NCBI GenBank assembly: GCA_964016885.1
Contig: OZ024742.1
Location: 63,736,001 to 63,800,000 of the forward strand
Reading direction: 5' to 3'
DNA: 64,000 bases
Origin: Eledone cirrhosa
Taxonomy: Eukaryota
Shown: piece by piece, positions 1-11,889 of the stretch
Numbering within the stretch: the first letter of the stretch is position 1
Layout: each line of letters opens with the position of its first letter
Made by a program: the position numbers and the translations under genes
The notes under the pieces: model-generated
The model's input: only the letters and a program-made list of their open reading frames with translations
Database searches by the model: none
Told to the model about the DNA's origin: nothing

Positions 1-421
1 AAATTGCTGACCTTGTGCCAAATGTAGAAACAGTTATTTGCTACATTTAAAAAGAAAGAAAAGGAACTGATTGTCAGATTGAACCAAGAAAACTGTTTCC
101 ATGAGTCTTTCCTTTGTTGATAACATTAGCTGGTCACAACTTCTGGCAGAAGGAAGTAGAATTTGAACTTGGAATGCACAGAGCTAGATCAGATATTACA
201 AAGCATCCAATGAGACTCTTTAACAATTTCACCAATGCACCACACCTGGACTGGTATTTTATTAATTGACCACAAAAGGATAAAAGACAAAGTTAACCAT
301 GGAAGGATTTGAACTGAGAGTGCAGTAAACCGGAACAAATACCAAGGCATATAATTCTAAACATCCTGTCATGATTTAGCAGAAAATATTTTAAAACGGG
401 TTATTAAAGTACAAACGTTGT

Positions 422-920
422 GATGCAGTCATAGTGCTGTTTTGTACTTTCTAAGAATGTTTTGTTAATTCAAATGTTTATAGTATCTTTACTAGTTGAG
501 AGATAATTGTGAAAATTCAGAATAAGCTAAAATAAAGACTTAAATTTTTAATGCGATGTAGTTATAATGTTGTTTTGTACTTTCTGAGAATGTCTTACTG
601 ATATCATTTATATGGTTTGTTAATTCAAATGTTTATAGTATCTTTACTAGTTGACAGATAGATAGTTGTGGAAATTCAGAGTAAACTAAAAATAAAGACT
701 TTAATTTTTAACATGATGCAGTCATAGTGTTGTTTTGTATATTACAAGAACGTCTTGATAATTCAAATGTTTATAGGAAATTTACTAGTAGACAGATTGT
801 GAAAATTTGTAGTAAACTAAATTTAGAATTTTAATGTGATAAAGTCGTAGTGCTGTTTTGTACTTTCCAAGTTCAAGAATATTTTGCTAATGCAGTTTCA
901 TTTGCTACACAATATTAAGA
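422..920. repeat. Degenerate tandem repeat, about 3.5 units of 125-160 bp
   Basis: Motif gatgcagtcatagtgctgttttgtacttt...aattcaaatgtttatag...tttactagt recurs at about 422, 555, 715 and 838; a related single unit is at 33110-33205. Confidence 0.8.
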
Positions 921-984
921 GTTAATCCAACACCCTAACTACTCTGCCAATTTAGAGCCTATTTAAATGTAGAAGTAAAATATA

Positions 985-1172
985 ATAATAATTGTTTCTA
1001 CTTTAGGCACAAGGCCAGCAATTACCCAGTGCATTACTGGTACTTTATTTTATCGACCCCGTAAGGATGAAAGGCAAAGTCAACCTCGGCGGGATTTGAA
1101 CTCAGATCGTAAAGGGACGTAACTATGCTGGAAAGCATGGCGTCCGACCCTCTACCGATACTGCCAATCCAC
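985..1172 (-). mobile_element. tRNA-derived SINE, young family
   Basis: Minus strand shows A-box-like TGGCAGTATCGG, B-box GAGTTCAAATCC, core GCCTTTCATCCTTACGGGGTCGATAAAATAAAGTACCAG and an (ATT)n tail; near-identical to copies at 19034, 46030, 48052 and 60172. Confidence 0.9.
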
Positions 1173-1272
1173 AATAATAATGACAATTATTGTGTACAGT
1201 TCTCAAGTGCACTACAACTCATCAAAGGTGCATGTATAGTACATAGAATAATGTACAAATGTCAGGAAAGTG
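1173..1272 (-). mobile_element. 5'-truncated 3' tail of the CR1-like LINE
   Basis: Reverse complement matches 18917-19012 almost exactly; another copy is at about 2718-2793 (+). Confidence 0.85.
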
Positions 1273-2028
1273 CTGGGCTATCAACTGGTATTTTGTGAGT
1301 TGATTTCAAATCTGCTGCCAGCATTTTGTGATCTTAAGCAAGACACTTCACTGTAAGTTGCCTTATTTTACTTGGCTATCAAAAGTAAACATCCAGCAGT
1401 AAGGGTCAGTTAGGTAGATCATCCAGTAATCATAAACGATCAGTAGCAACTGATTATTTCTCACAGAAGTGGCAGCTGGTGGTTGTTTAGCTCTAGGTAT
1501 GATGTATCTAGAAGACCTACCATCAACATTATTCCATGACCCTCCTATCTATTTTTCAAACATAGTATCTTTAGGACTGTTTTATCCAATATATCCTTCT
1601 TTATTTTAAGATGGTAAGGTGTGAGCAATTGAAATGATCATTGAGAGATCCCTCGTTAGTTTGATGGTAGTGTAGTTATTTAGTCCCAGATTAGCCCTGA
1701 TCAAGCAGATCTATGATCATAGACATTCTAACAAGGACTTTTACTCATTATTTATTCAAACAGTGTATCTAGGACTGTATTAACCAAAAGTCGTTCTTAA
1801 GTTAAAGTGGTAAGATATGGCTCAAGGAAGATTTAACTGATATTTCTAGTACTCACACAACCAAGAGGAGGGCACTTTGTATGGTGAAACCTCCTCAGGT
1901 AGATGTAGAAACAAAGGACAGAAGAAAGTTAATGAAATGATTTGTTTAAATATTTAAAATGTGTATGTCCTGGCTTCTAGAATAGGTACATGATATCACT
2001 GCTTACTGTAAGAAATGACTAAAAAAGT

Positions 2029-2125
2029 TGGTATCAGGAAGGTTATCCAGCTATAAAACAGTCTCAAAACATTCCGTCTAACCCATGCCAGCATGAAAAA
2101 GTAGTCATAAAAACGATGATGAAGA
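2029..2125 (+). mobile_element. RTE-type 3' tail (short LINE remnant or RTE-dependent SINE tail)
   Basis: ggtatcaggaagg..atccagct...cccatgccagcatg...(GAT)n resembles the RTE tail at 6380-6535; a minus-strand copy is at 2793-2898. Confidence 0.7.
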
Positions 2126-2128
2126 AGA

Positions 2129-2365
2129 TTAACCTGTTTGTGGCAGCATTTCTAATGAAATACATTCTATTTGAATTAATGAAGAATTTTGAAGGATTTA
2201 CTAAAAATCATTAATTATTTCATTATGGAGAAATTAACTTAACATATGGTTCTTACACAAAATTATGTTGAAAGATTTAAATTTAAATAGGAACTCTTTA
2301 AAATGTGTTGTTTTATTTCATAGGTGCAGTACCAATTTTGGCCTGGTTGGTATCAAAAGGGTTAA
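2129..2365. mobile_element. piggyBac-like MITE
   Basis: Ends TTAA-CCTGTTTG and CAAAAGGG-TTAA (TTAA target duplication, degenerate TIRs); related left ends at about 2541 and 10600. Confidence 0.55.
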
Positions 2366-3237
2366 ATTATAAAATGTTCAATGGTCAATTAATCCTTTTT
2401 ATTTGCTTTCTTAAACTTAGAAGAAATTTCAATAAATTAAAAATTTATTGTGTAGAGCATATGGCACATAACTCTTAACTTAATTATCCAAAGTCATGCA
2501 ATTAGCCCATTTGAATTATTTCCCTTAGCTCTTTACCTTTTTTAATACTTTCGTTAGTATATTTCAAATGAAAGACAATGCCTATGATTTTCAATTCATT
2601 TTTAAAATATTTAAGAATCTGGAAGAATTCAGTAATATAACTTATTGTCTAATGTTTGAAACATAATTAATCTATCAAAGGTTCTTACATAAAATCATGA
2701 TGGAAACAGCCTTGTATCACTTTTCTGACATTTGTACATTACTCTGTAATGCACCTTTGATGAGTTGTAGTGCACCTGAGCACTGTACCCAATCATCATC
2801 ATCATCATTTTACGTCCGCTTTTCCCTGCTTGCAAGGGTGGGACGGGAACTGATTCTGGCTTGATTTCTACAGCTGGATGCCCTTCTAACACCAACCTCA
2901 TTTACAGTGAGTGCTGGGTGCTTTTTTGCCGTGGCACCTCCACGACCACTTTACAGTGGAATGATAGGGACCTCAGTCCCTATCATCTCATTTCTACAGC
3001 TGAGTAAACTGGAGCAATGTGAAATAAAGTGTCTTGCTCAAGGAAACAACACATCACACGGGCTGAGAATTATATATTTCTTTATCCTATTCTATACTTC
3101 AGTTGCTAAGTACACAACTTAATATATAAGAAAATTACAGACTCAATAATTTTCATTATTATTTTTTTTATCAAAGAACCAGGGGCAGTTTTCAAGCAGT
3201 TTGGTCCAAAATATACATTTTTTTTTCTGTCTACTTA

Positions 3238-3275
3238 TCTGCAGATGAGGTCAAATAAACTGAAACATGCCTAGA
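3238..3275 (+). ncRNA. Degenerate minimal hammerhead ribozyme motif
   Basis: TCTG-CAGATGA-GGT/caaataa/ACT-GAA-ACATGC-C-TAGA; stems I and II pair, with two core substitutions. Confidence 0.45.
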
Positions 3276-4306
3276 GTTAGCTCTTGTTTGAACCATAGAT
3301 CAAACTGTATTTTTCTTAAGTATGTAATTTAGTTGAAGAAGTTCTTGATTTATTGCAATTATCTCCCTTCACTCTCAGAGTCACTAACAATTGCAGCTAG
3401 GATTTTATTTTCTTACTTCAACTTAGATTTCAATAAATTGAGAATTCAGTGCATTCAGTATTCAATGCATTACCCTATACACAACACACACACATATGTG
3501 TAACTATAAGAAAGGGAGTTGCTAAAAGGTTGCATGACAAGCTGCGTACATATGTCTGTACATGTGTATAGACATACATACACACACAAACATATATATA
3601 TATTTATATATGACTGTACATATATAGATATATGACTACATATGTAAATATATGACTGTCAGAGGTTAATACATCAAGTGAACTGGGGCAAGAGTACTGT
3701 GTCTTGAAACACAATAAATCGTCTGGATTATCAATCTATCAAAGGTAACATGGTTCAGATTGATCTGTTAGTATGTATTCCTATTAACAGCTATGTATAC
3801 TGAGGTAATATAGCATATAGTGTACTACTTAGAAACACAACATAATGCCTACAAAAGATCTGAACTCCTGACCTTATGGCAGTTTGTCTAGTTCTTTATC
3901 TAGGCAGTGAATTGGCAGTCATGATAATTTCGAATAGAATGTTTTGTGGTATTCGTTTCAGCTTTCTGAGTTCAAATCCAGCCAAGGTCAACTTTGTCTT
4001 CCATCCTTTTGAGATGAATTAAAAAAAATACTGGGGCCGATTCCTCCTCTTTCTTACTTTCTCAGGAAAAGATTGGCTGTATTCAGGCCTAGAGAAAGGA
4101 GATAGGCTCTGTCAGGTTTAAAATGCTCAAGACAGCACCCCTATGACTCCATCATGAGTTATGAGTACATTTATACATATCCAACTTCTACCATATGTGT
4201 GTGGGTGTATATATATGTATGTAAAAGATAAACAGAAATAACAAAACAAACAGCACAGTACATGGAAGAAATATATTAGTTTAACGTTTGAAATAGCAGG
4301 AAGAGA

Positions 4307-4344
4307 GTCTTAAAGTTTTGGACACTAGTCCTTCATCAGAAGAT
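4307..4344 (-). ncRNA. Degenerate minimal hammerhead motif (Penelope pLTR-like remnant)
   Basis: Minus strand TCTT-CTGATGA-A-GGAC/tagt/GTCC-AAAACTTT-AAGA; GAAA is mutated to AAAA. Confidence 0.5.
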
Positions 4345-4845
4345 AGAGTTAGAAATAGAAGGTAAAGAGTGATGAGAGAAAGGAACGGGGGAAATGAGCC
4401 AAAAAAAAAATGGGAAGAAAAAAAACACACGTGTATTCAGTTGGACATCTTATATATATTTATATACATATCTGTGTCACTGTATATATATATTTATATA
4501 TATCTGTGTCACTATATATATATCTATGTCACTATATATATATATATATAGTGATATACATATTCAACCTCTACCATATTGTTTGTACTCAGAACTCATT
4601 GACTTACAACCCCCCCCCATAGTGGGAGCTTGGTGGTGGAGAGCTACTGATGATATTACTGCTGACCTCATGTTGATCAGTGGAATGTATAACAGAATAT
4701 CTGACCTGCCTCACAGGGCAACAACTGTCCAGGGTGGAAGGAGCCAAGTAAACATGAAATATCAATTCAAAAACAAAGTACAGTACTGTGTCCATACTTT
4801 AGGAAACTTAACACTTGCTGGCCCAATCTACCTAGGAAGTAAATG

Positions 4846-4990
4846 GATGCAGTCCACCTAGTTGAGGTATCATGTTGGGATACAGTTCACCTAGCTGAAG
4901 TCTCTTGTGATGATACAGTCCACCTAACTGAGGTACCTTGTGGTGATACAGTCCACCTAGCTGAGGTACCTTGTGGTGATAAAGTCTACT
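4846..4990. repeat. 33-bp minisatellite, about 4.3 copies
   Basis: gatacagtccacctagctgaggtaccttgtggt repeated. Confidence 0.9.
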
Positions 4991-5329
4991 TTATACCATC
5001 TTATCAATCAAAATCTCTATTTCACACATGCTCCATTACAATATTCAGTTTCTAATGACATTAAAAAATGTAATACAACCAGATGTTTAGCATTTTGTAA
5101 ACAACTTTTATAAACACGTATTTGCAATTTTGTCATTTGAAATAAGTATTTTTAAGCTATCAACATTTCTGAAAACATGTACTTGAGTATAATGAGCCCA
5201 CTTGTTTGCCCTTAATTTTAGTTCAAAATTTCTTGTATTATACATGAGAAAACACAGTAGGTATAATAGGTACAAGAGGAAGGTAGAGTCAACTTAAATA
5301 TTAAATAGATACAATGTTGAAGTATAGTC

Positions 5330-5462
5330 TACCAGTCATGGTAGAAGTCACAGGTTCAATCCCACTGAGTGGCATCTGGAGCAAGTGTCTTTACTATATC
5401 CTCCAGTTGACCCAAGTCTTGTGAGTGAAACTGGGTTCACTGAAACTGTGTTGAAGTCTGTC
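5330..5462 (+). mobile_element. Older tRNA-derived SINE
   Basis: B-box GGTTCAATCCC followed by actgagtggcat...gcaagtgtct, also seen at 27725-27810. Confidence 0.6.
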
Positions 5463-5714
5463 AGATGGACTGTACCTGTAATTCAAATTTTCTAAGTTAA
5501 ATGTCATGTTGAATCTTCTTAAGAACTGTATTAAGGGTATACATGTTTGTGTAATGCTCAGCAACTTGCCCATTAATTTCATGAGCAGGATGTCTTGTTG
5601 ATCAAACTGGGACACTCATCGTCACAACCAACAGAGGTCCAACACACACACACAATTCCTCTTATGCCCAGTTTTTCTTTCAATCCATCTGTGCTTTGTT
5701 CATGCATATTAACA

Positions 5715-6535
5715 TTACACATTCAATGGAGCATAAAGGCAGGTTGTACGATGCCTGCATACGAACAGCAATGTTGCATGGCAGTGAGACCTGGGCATTG
5801 TGTGCAGAGGATATACGCAGACTAGAGAGGAACGAAGCTTGCATGCTCCGCTGGATGTGTAACAGTAATATACGTGAACGGCAAAGCATAAACGAACTAA
5901 GGAAAAAATTAGAGATAAGAGGGATCAGATGTTGTTTACTCGAGAGAAGGCTACGTTGGTATGGACACGTGATGCGCATGAAAGTCGATAGCTGTATAAC
6001 AAAGTGCAGGGCAATAAAGATAGACGGTAGCCACGGAATAGGCAGACCTAGAAAAACCTGGGACGAGCTGATAAACTCCGACCTCACACACTTACACCTC
6101 TCCAAGACAATGTCACTGGACCGAGACCTTTGGCGGTACTCAGTAACAGAGAAGACCCGCCTTGCCAGTAGGCATCTCTAACAAAATACACCCCGTCCCA
6201 CCACCCCCACCCCATCCACACCACCCCGTCCTATGTAAAGTTATGTTGGTGCCGCGCCATCCGGGCCGAAACAAATGAGATCGTGTAGGTGTCACGACAA
6301 AAAAACACACAGTCCACGCTGTAATGTGGCCGTGTAGGCAACACGGTAAAAACCTCCCAGACCCACACTGTAAATGTGGTTGGTGTTAGGAAGGGCATCC
6401 AACTGTAGAAAACCTGCCAGACAGTCCTATGCGAGCAAGACAATCACTCTTGCCTCAAGTGGGACTACCCCCGTCCAAACCCATGCAAGCGTGGAACACG
6501 GACGTTAAACGTTGATGATGATGATGATGATGATG
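5715..6535 (+). mobile_element. 5'-truncated RTE-clade LINE (RT C-terminus plus 3' UTR)
   Basis: ORF 5696-6181 has HGSETW, RRLRWYGHVMRM and GRPRKTW, typical of RTE ORF ends; ends in a (GAT)n tail. Confidence 0.9.
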
Positions 6536-6780
6536 CTTGATTCATTTCTTTCTATCCATCAATTAAATATGGTACAGACAATTAAATCAAGAGCACACAA
6601 TAAATGACAGTAAGAATGTATTCAATAACAAGAGTAAATAAAATCACTGTATTGTTAAGTTAAATAATAATAATAATAGTCATCATAAATATATTAAAAA
6701 ATAGAAACAAAAATTTGTTTTCTTTTCTAAATTTCTATTAAGATTGTTGTGTAAATCACAGTAGACAGAGAATTGGTAAA

Positions 6781-8520
6781 TCAGGTTGTGTCATTAACCC
6801 TGTCAATGTGTGTCTTCATATGTAACTGAAAGGAATTATGATAAGAAAACCTTTTATCACAAGTATCACAGATAAAAGGCTTTTCTCCAGTGTGAAGTCT
6901 AGAGTGTCCCTTTAATCCAATGTTCGAGGAGAATTTTTTATCACAAATGTCACAATGAAACGGTTTCACCCCTGTATGAGTTTTAGCATGTTTTTTCAGA
7001 TATGAACATAGAGAGAAACCTTTATTACAGATATCACAATGAAACGGTCTTTCTCCTGTATGCGTTCTGATATGTACCTTCAAGCCACAACTCGTAGAGA
7101 AGTTCTTTGTGCATATTTCACAAATAAATGGTTTTTCACCACTATGGATTCTCTTGTGCACCTTAAGTTCTGAACTAATTGAAAAATCTTTACCACATAT
7201 ATCACAATGGAAAGGCTTCTCTCCTGTATGTCTCCTGATATGTACTTTTAGCTCAGAACTAGTGGAGACATCTTTACCACAGATTTCACAATGGAATGGT
7301 TTCTCTCCAGTATGAATTCTAGAATGTACTTTCACTTTATATCTGGTTGAGAAACTTTTACCACACACCTCACAGTGAAATGGTTTTTCCCCAGTATGAA
7401 TTCTTGTATGCATTTTCAGATCAAAATTAGTTGAGAATTTTCTGTCACAGATATTACAAGGGAATAATTTCTCCCCGGTATGTGTAGCTGAATGCAGTTT
7501 CAATTTAAAGCGTTGAGAAAAACTTTTACCACATACATCACAATGGAATGGTTTTTCCCCTGTGTGTGTTTTCATGTGTTCCCTCAGTCCTGAACTAGTG
7601 GAGACATCTTTGCTACATATCTCACAATGAAACGGTTTCTCTCCTGTATGTGTCCTTGTATGTACCTTCAGCTCAGAACTGGACAAGAAATTTTTGCTGC
7701 ACACTTCACAGTGGAATGGTTTCTCACCAGTATGTATTCTTGCATGTTTTTTTAACTCAGAATTGGTAGAAACATTTCTGCCACATATATCACACTGGAA
7801 CGGCTTTTCACCAGTGTGTGTTCTTATGTGAACTTTTAACATGGAATTAGTGGAGAAACCGTGACCACAGAGACTGCATGAATAAGGTTTCTCTCCTGTG
7901 TGTATTCGAATATGCATCTTCAGCTTGGAATTGGTTGAAAATCTCTTACCACAGAGATTGCACTGAAAGAGTTTTTCACCAGTGTGTGAACTTAAGTGTA
8001 CTTTCAATGTGTAATGATGTGAGAAGTCTTTCCCACATACATCACAATGATAGGGTCTCTCCCCTGTATGTGTTCTATGGTGTTCTTTTAGACCTGACCG
8101 TGTGGAAAAATTTTTGCTGCACACTTCACAATGGAATGGTTTTTCTCCAGTATGAGTTCTGATATGTTTTTTCAAAACAAAACTTGTTGCAAAGCTTTTT
8201 TCACAGATCAGACAGTGGAATGGTTTTTCACCAGTATGTTTCCTTAAATGAATTTTTAATCCAGATGATGTGGAACAGTTTTTATCACATATCTTACAAT
8301 AAAAACGTTTCTGGTTATTTTGAGGTGTTTTAGCATGTGGTTTCAGTATGGAAGGTTGAGTAGAGGACTTGATCTCCGATACCTCACAAACTTCTGGTTT
8401 TACATCATTAGTATCAGATGATGTTTCAGCACAGTCATTTGTGTCAAGAGGAGTTGAAATTCGATCACATAATATTGATTTTGCATCAGTTTTTTCTTCA
8501 GAACTCACATTTCCTTCCAT
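6781..8520 (-). CDS. Poly-C2H2 zinc-finger protein, 579 aa, 18 tandem fingers, single coding exon
   Basis: 18 CxxC-x12-HxxxH repeats with TGEKP linkers; GCCATGG start context; about 70-aa N-terminus with no recognisable KRAB or BTB domain. Confidence 0.95.
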   Translation of the reverse strand: MEGNVSSEEKTDAKSILCDRISTPLDTNDCAETSSDTNDVKPEVCEVSEIKSSTQPSILKPHAKTPQNNQKRFYCKICDKNCSTSSGLKIHLRKHTGEKPFHCLICEKSFATSFVLKKHIRTHTGEKPFHCEVCSKNFSTRSGLKEHHRTHTGERPYHCDVCGKDFSHHYTLKVHLSSHTGEKLFQCNLCGKRFSTNSKLKMHIRIHTGEKPYSCSLCGHGFSTNSMLKVHIRTHTGEKPFQCDICGRNVSTNSELKKHARIHTGEKPFHCEVCSKNFLSSSELKVHTRTHTGEKPFHCEICSKDVSTSSGLREHMKTHTGEKPFHCDVCGKSFSQRFKLKLHSATHTGEKLFPCNICDRKFSTNFDLKMHTRIHTGEKPFHCEVCGKSFSTRYKVKVHSRIHTGEKPFHCEICGKDVSTSSELKVHIRRHTGEKPFHCDICGKDFSISSELKVHKRIHSGEKPFICEICTKNFSTSCGLKVHIRTHTGERPFHCDICNKGFSLCSYLKKHAKTHTGVKPFHCDICDKKFSSNIGLKGHSRLHTGEKPFICDTCDKRFSYHNSFQLHMKTHIDRVNDTT

Positions 8521-8953
8521 GGCAGTTACCAGATTTATTCTAAAACATCATACAATCTTTATTTATGATTTTCTCAGATAGTCTGATCATTAGAATATCA
8601 ACTATTATCATTAATCAAACATATCTTGGAATATCAAACAAAATATTTACCTATATTTTCCTCTCCTAAATTATTACCCCAAACCAAAAGAGTTCATATC
8701 AGATTTGCAATATTTTACTTAAGATCAAAACTTATTTTACATCCTTCAGACAACTGACATCTCTCACAACAATATGAAAAAGAAACTAAGTTATATTGTT
8801 TTATCTTCTATCTTACAGACTAAAAGATCTCAGGCTGTTGAAGATGTACAGAAAAACAGTGCAACAAAGGTTTGTCTTGAAGGGAAAGTTAAACATTCAG
8901 ACATTGAGCAAGAATACAGTACAGAATCTCAGGTTTCAGTGAAGTTACAGTGC

Positions 8954-8991
<38 letters not shown>

Positions 8992-9056
8992 TAGAATCAC
9001 TTTAGAAAACCCAATCTTTGTTTTATAGATCCTTTGAATTCATTTCCATATTTCAT

Positions 9057-9080
9057 CTGAAAAAAAAAAAAAGAAAAAGT
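9057..9080 (-). promoter_or_regulatory. Putative 3' splice acceptor for the ZNF exon
   Basis: Minus strand long T tract ending TTTCAG|ATG, with AG at 9058-9057, 536 nt upstream of the ZNF start codon. Confidence 0.65.
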
Positions 9081-9115
9081 ATTACACCGAAATAAAAAAA
9101 ATCCGAGTCAATATA

Positions 9116-9285
9116 TCTATTATATTAAAGTTAGTGTTTCTGTGGTGTAAATTGTTTGTTATGTTGGAAATGGGAATAGTAAGGGGGTGCTTGTGATAGA
9201 GAGATGGGGGATTACTCTTATGAAAAATATTGTTTATACTCCAATTATAAATGAGTGAAGTATTGTATATTCTCTCTCTCTCTCT

Positions 9286-9330
<45 letters not shown>

Positions 9331-9477
9331 GCGTGTGTGTGTGTGTGTGCGTGTGCGTGTGTGTGTGTGTGCGTGCGTGCGTGCAACTAATAAATAATAA
9401 ATAAAACATTTCAAATGTATAGTGATCGTTAACATTTGTTTTTACTTAAGCAATGGAATTTCCACGGGGTCTGCTAG
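9116..9477 (+). mobile_element. Non-autonomous Helitron-like element
   Basis: 5' A|TCTATTATATTAAAG, internal (GT)n, 3' CACGGGGTCTGCTAG|T. Confidence 0.6.
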
Positions 9478-9674
9478 TTCTGAAATAATTATTATAAATA
9501 TGAACGGCTATTTAGCCAGATAATCTTCAACTATTCTTCAAGAAAACAGAATTGCTGTGATAGTTAAGGCGTTAAATTGCTGGCCATGTTGTCACAAGTT
9601 TAAATCATATTAAAGCCAATGTGTTGCTCTCATCAACAAGGCACATAACTGTTGTTTGTTTACCTTACCAATAT

Positions 9675-9845
9675 CGATTTCTAATTTAGGTACAAGGACA
9701 ACACATTTTGGGGAAGTTGATTATATCAACCCAGTAATTTACTGGTACTTTAATTATTCAACCCTGGAAGATGAAAGACAAAGTTGATCTCAGTGGGATT
9801 TGAACTCAGAATGTAGAAAAAAAGTCGTAACTAAATACCGCAAAG
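9675..9845 (-). mobile_element. Diverged tRNA-SINE
   Basis: ctggtacttt...gatgaaagacaaagttgatctcagtgggatttgaactcag; same core and B-box as the young SINE family. Confidence 0.7.
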
Positions 9846-10999
9846 TAACATAAATTCCGGCCGTTTTTTTTTTATTAAACAAATTATAGCAACGGCGGGA
9901 ATTTGTTACAACCTAATATTTTGTTCAAACAATACTGCTAATCCACAACACTTACATTATAAATATCAACATTTAAGTGAGAGCAACAGATTTTACGGGA
10001 GGATACAATTGGTTAGATCTACTCAAGTTCTTGATTGGTACCGGAATAACCCTCTTCCCATTCAAGTGAGGTAAATCGTTCTACGCCTCCAGCCTTGTCG
10101 CTTCGATCGCAACACAGACGAGAGGAAGATGACTAAATTCCGAAGCTTGCTCGACCATTTCCTTTTCGCACTGGTCGCCGTCGAAACCTAGGGTGTCCTC
10201 GGTCCCCGCTCTAAAATCGGAAAACCCGAGGAAAGAGCCCTGTTTGGTGAAGTGGTTGTAGCAACGAGCGGGTGTCGCTGGCCATTCTCTGTGGCGATAT
10301 CTTTACCATTTTATCCGTGGGGCGCAACTAAAACCCTGCTTAATCCCCCTGCTATTTTTCTTACTCTCCTTTTTTTTTGTTTCCTTGTTGCCATGTATAT
10401 TGTACAGCTATTTTTCTTCTACTACATCAAAGATTAGTAAATTATAAGCCATAAAAAAAATATCAACCGTAAAATAATAAAAAGAAAGGATGACACCATG
10501 TGGAATTGACCTCACGATGGTTTAAGAGATGTAACTAAATATTGCAAAGTATTTTGTCTAGCATGCTACTGATGCTATCATCCAGCACCTTAAGTACATT
10601 TAACCCTTTTGTTACCATATTTCTAATGAAAGATACTGCCTATGATTTTCAAATAATCAATATTTATGTATGTATATATAAACTTCATGTGAATAATGAT
10701 CGACGATTTCAGTTTAAATAAATATATAAATATACTGTACAGAATATTATCTTCTTTCGTTAACAAACTGTAACATTTATTTGTTTATATACATATAATT
10801 ATGGTTGACCATAATATTATCGTATGAGTATACTCCGAATTTATAATTCTCATTGAGCTTTTATGGTACAACGGGATCGATATAAATTTATTATATTCCG
10901 ATTTATATCTTTGTTTATACATGTGTATGTGTTATTGATGGTGTTGTTGGTGTTATTGATGGTATTGTTTGTGTTAGAAATATTTAGTGATTTTAAATC

Positions 11000-11889
11000 G
11001 GCACTACAGCGGAATTGGCTGTCAGAAGTGAAAGTAGAAGAATGTGACGTCATTCGTCAACCTTCTCAATCGTCAAACTTTCGTTTATTTCCGTATCACA
11101 ACCACCACCATGTGTAAATAAATAAACTTTGAAATCACCATGTTGATGCAAAACTTGGTTTTTCACTTTGGGATAATACACGTATTTGCAACTTGAAAAA
11201 TATGAATTCTACATTATACCTCAGCGTAAATGGAATTAATCATCGCGATATTTCCATCGCTACCGCTACTACAGCAGATACCATTAATTGGTTGAAAACC
11301 AATTATGTGGTCATTGAAGTTGCTAGAAATAGCAGGCAAATCTTATACCCTCTACCACATTAAAAAAAGAGAGAACGAAAACGGGAGTAACTCGTTAATA
11401 TTTATTGAAATATTCGAAGCGTTACTGCTTCGGACGATATAAAAAGGAAATTATATAGAGAATTTTAAATATTTCGAAAGCACAAGCAATCGTCAAGGAC
11501 TTTATATACTAATTCCTTTCTTTCTGTTTTCGTGGCAGCTGGCAGCTGAGTATCAACCATCCATAAATAATTTTTACCCGCTAAGAATCTCAATGGGGAA
11601 AATGTTCTTCAATTTCTGCCAGTATTACAAAACAAGGTTATCTTGTAGTTACCCGCGTTAAATTGTTTTTTTTAAAAGAAAGTCGGTAGTGTCGGCCTCA
11701 TGAACTTCATTTGTTTTCTAATTTGATAACTATGACTATGCATTAACGTGGTGATTTCAAAGTTTATTTATTTACACATGGTGGTGGTGGTGATACGGAA
11801 ATAAACGAAGGTTTGACGATTGAGAAGGTTGACGAATGACGTCACATTGTTCTACTTTCACTTCTGACAGCCAATTCCGTTGTAGTGCC
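11000..11889. promoter_or_regulatory. ~151-bp inverted repeat (11000-11150 and 11739-11889); candidate symmetric bidirectional promoter or long-TIR element
   Basis: Arms differ at about 6 positions; each has ACTACA, CGGAA, CCAAT/ATTGG and TGACGTCA (11045-11052, 11837-11844); about 2 kb upstream of the ZNF acceptor. Confidence 0.55.
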
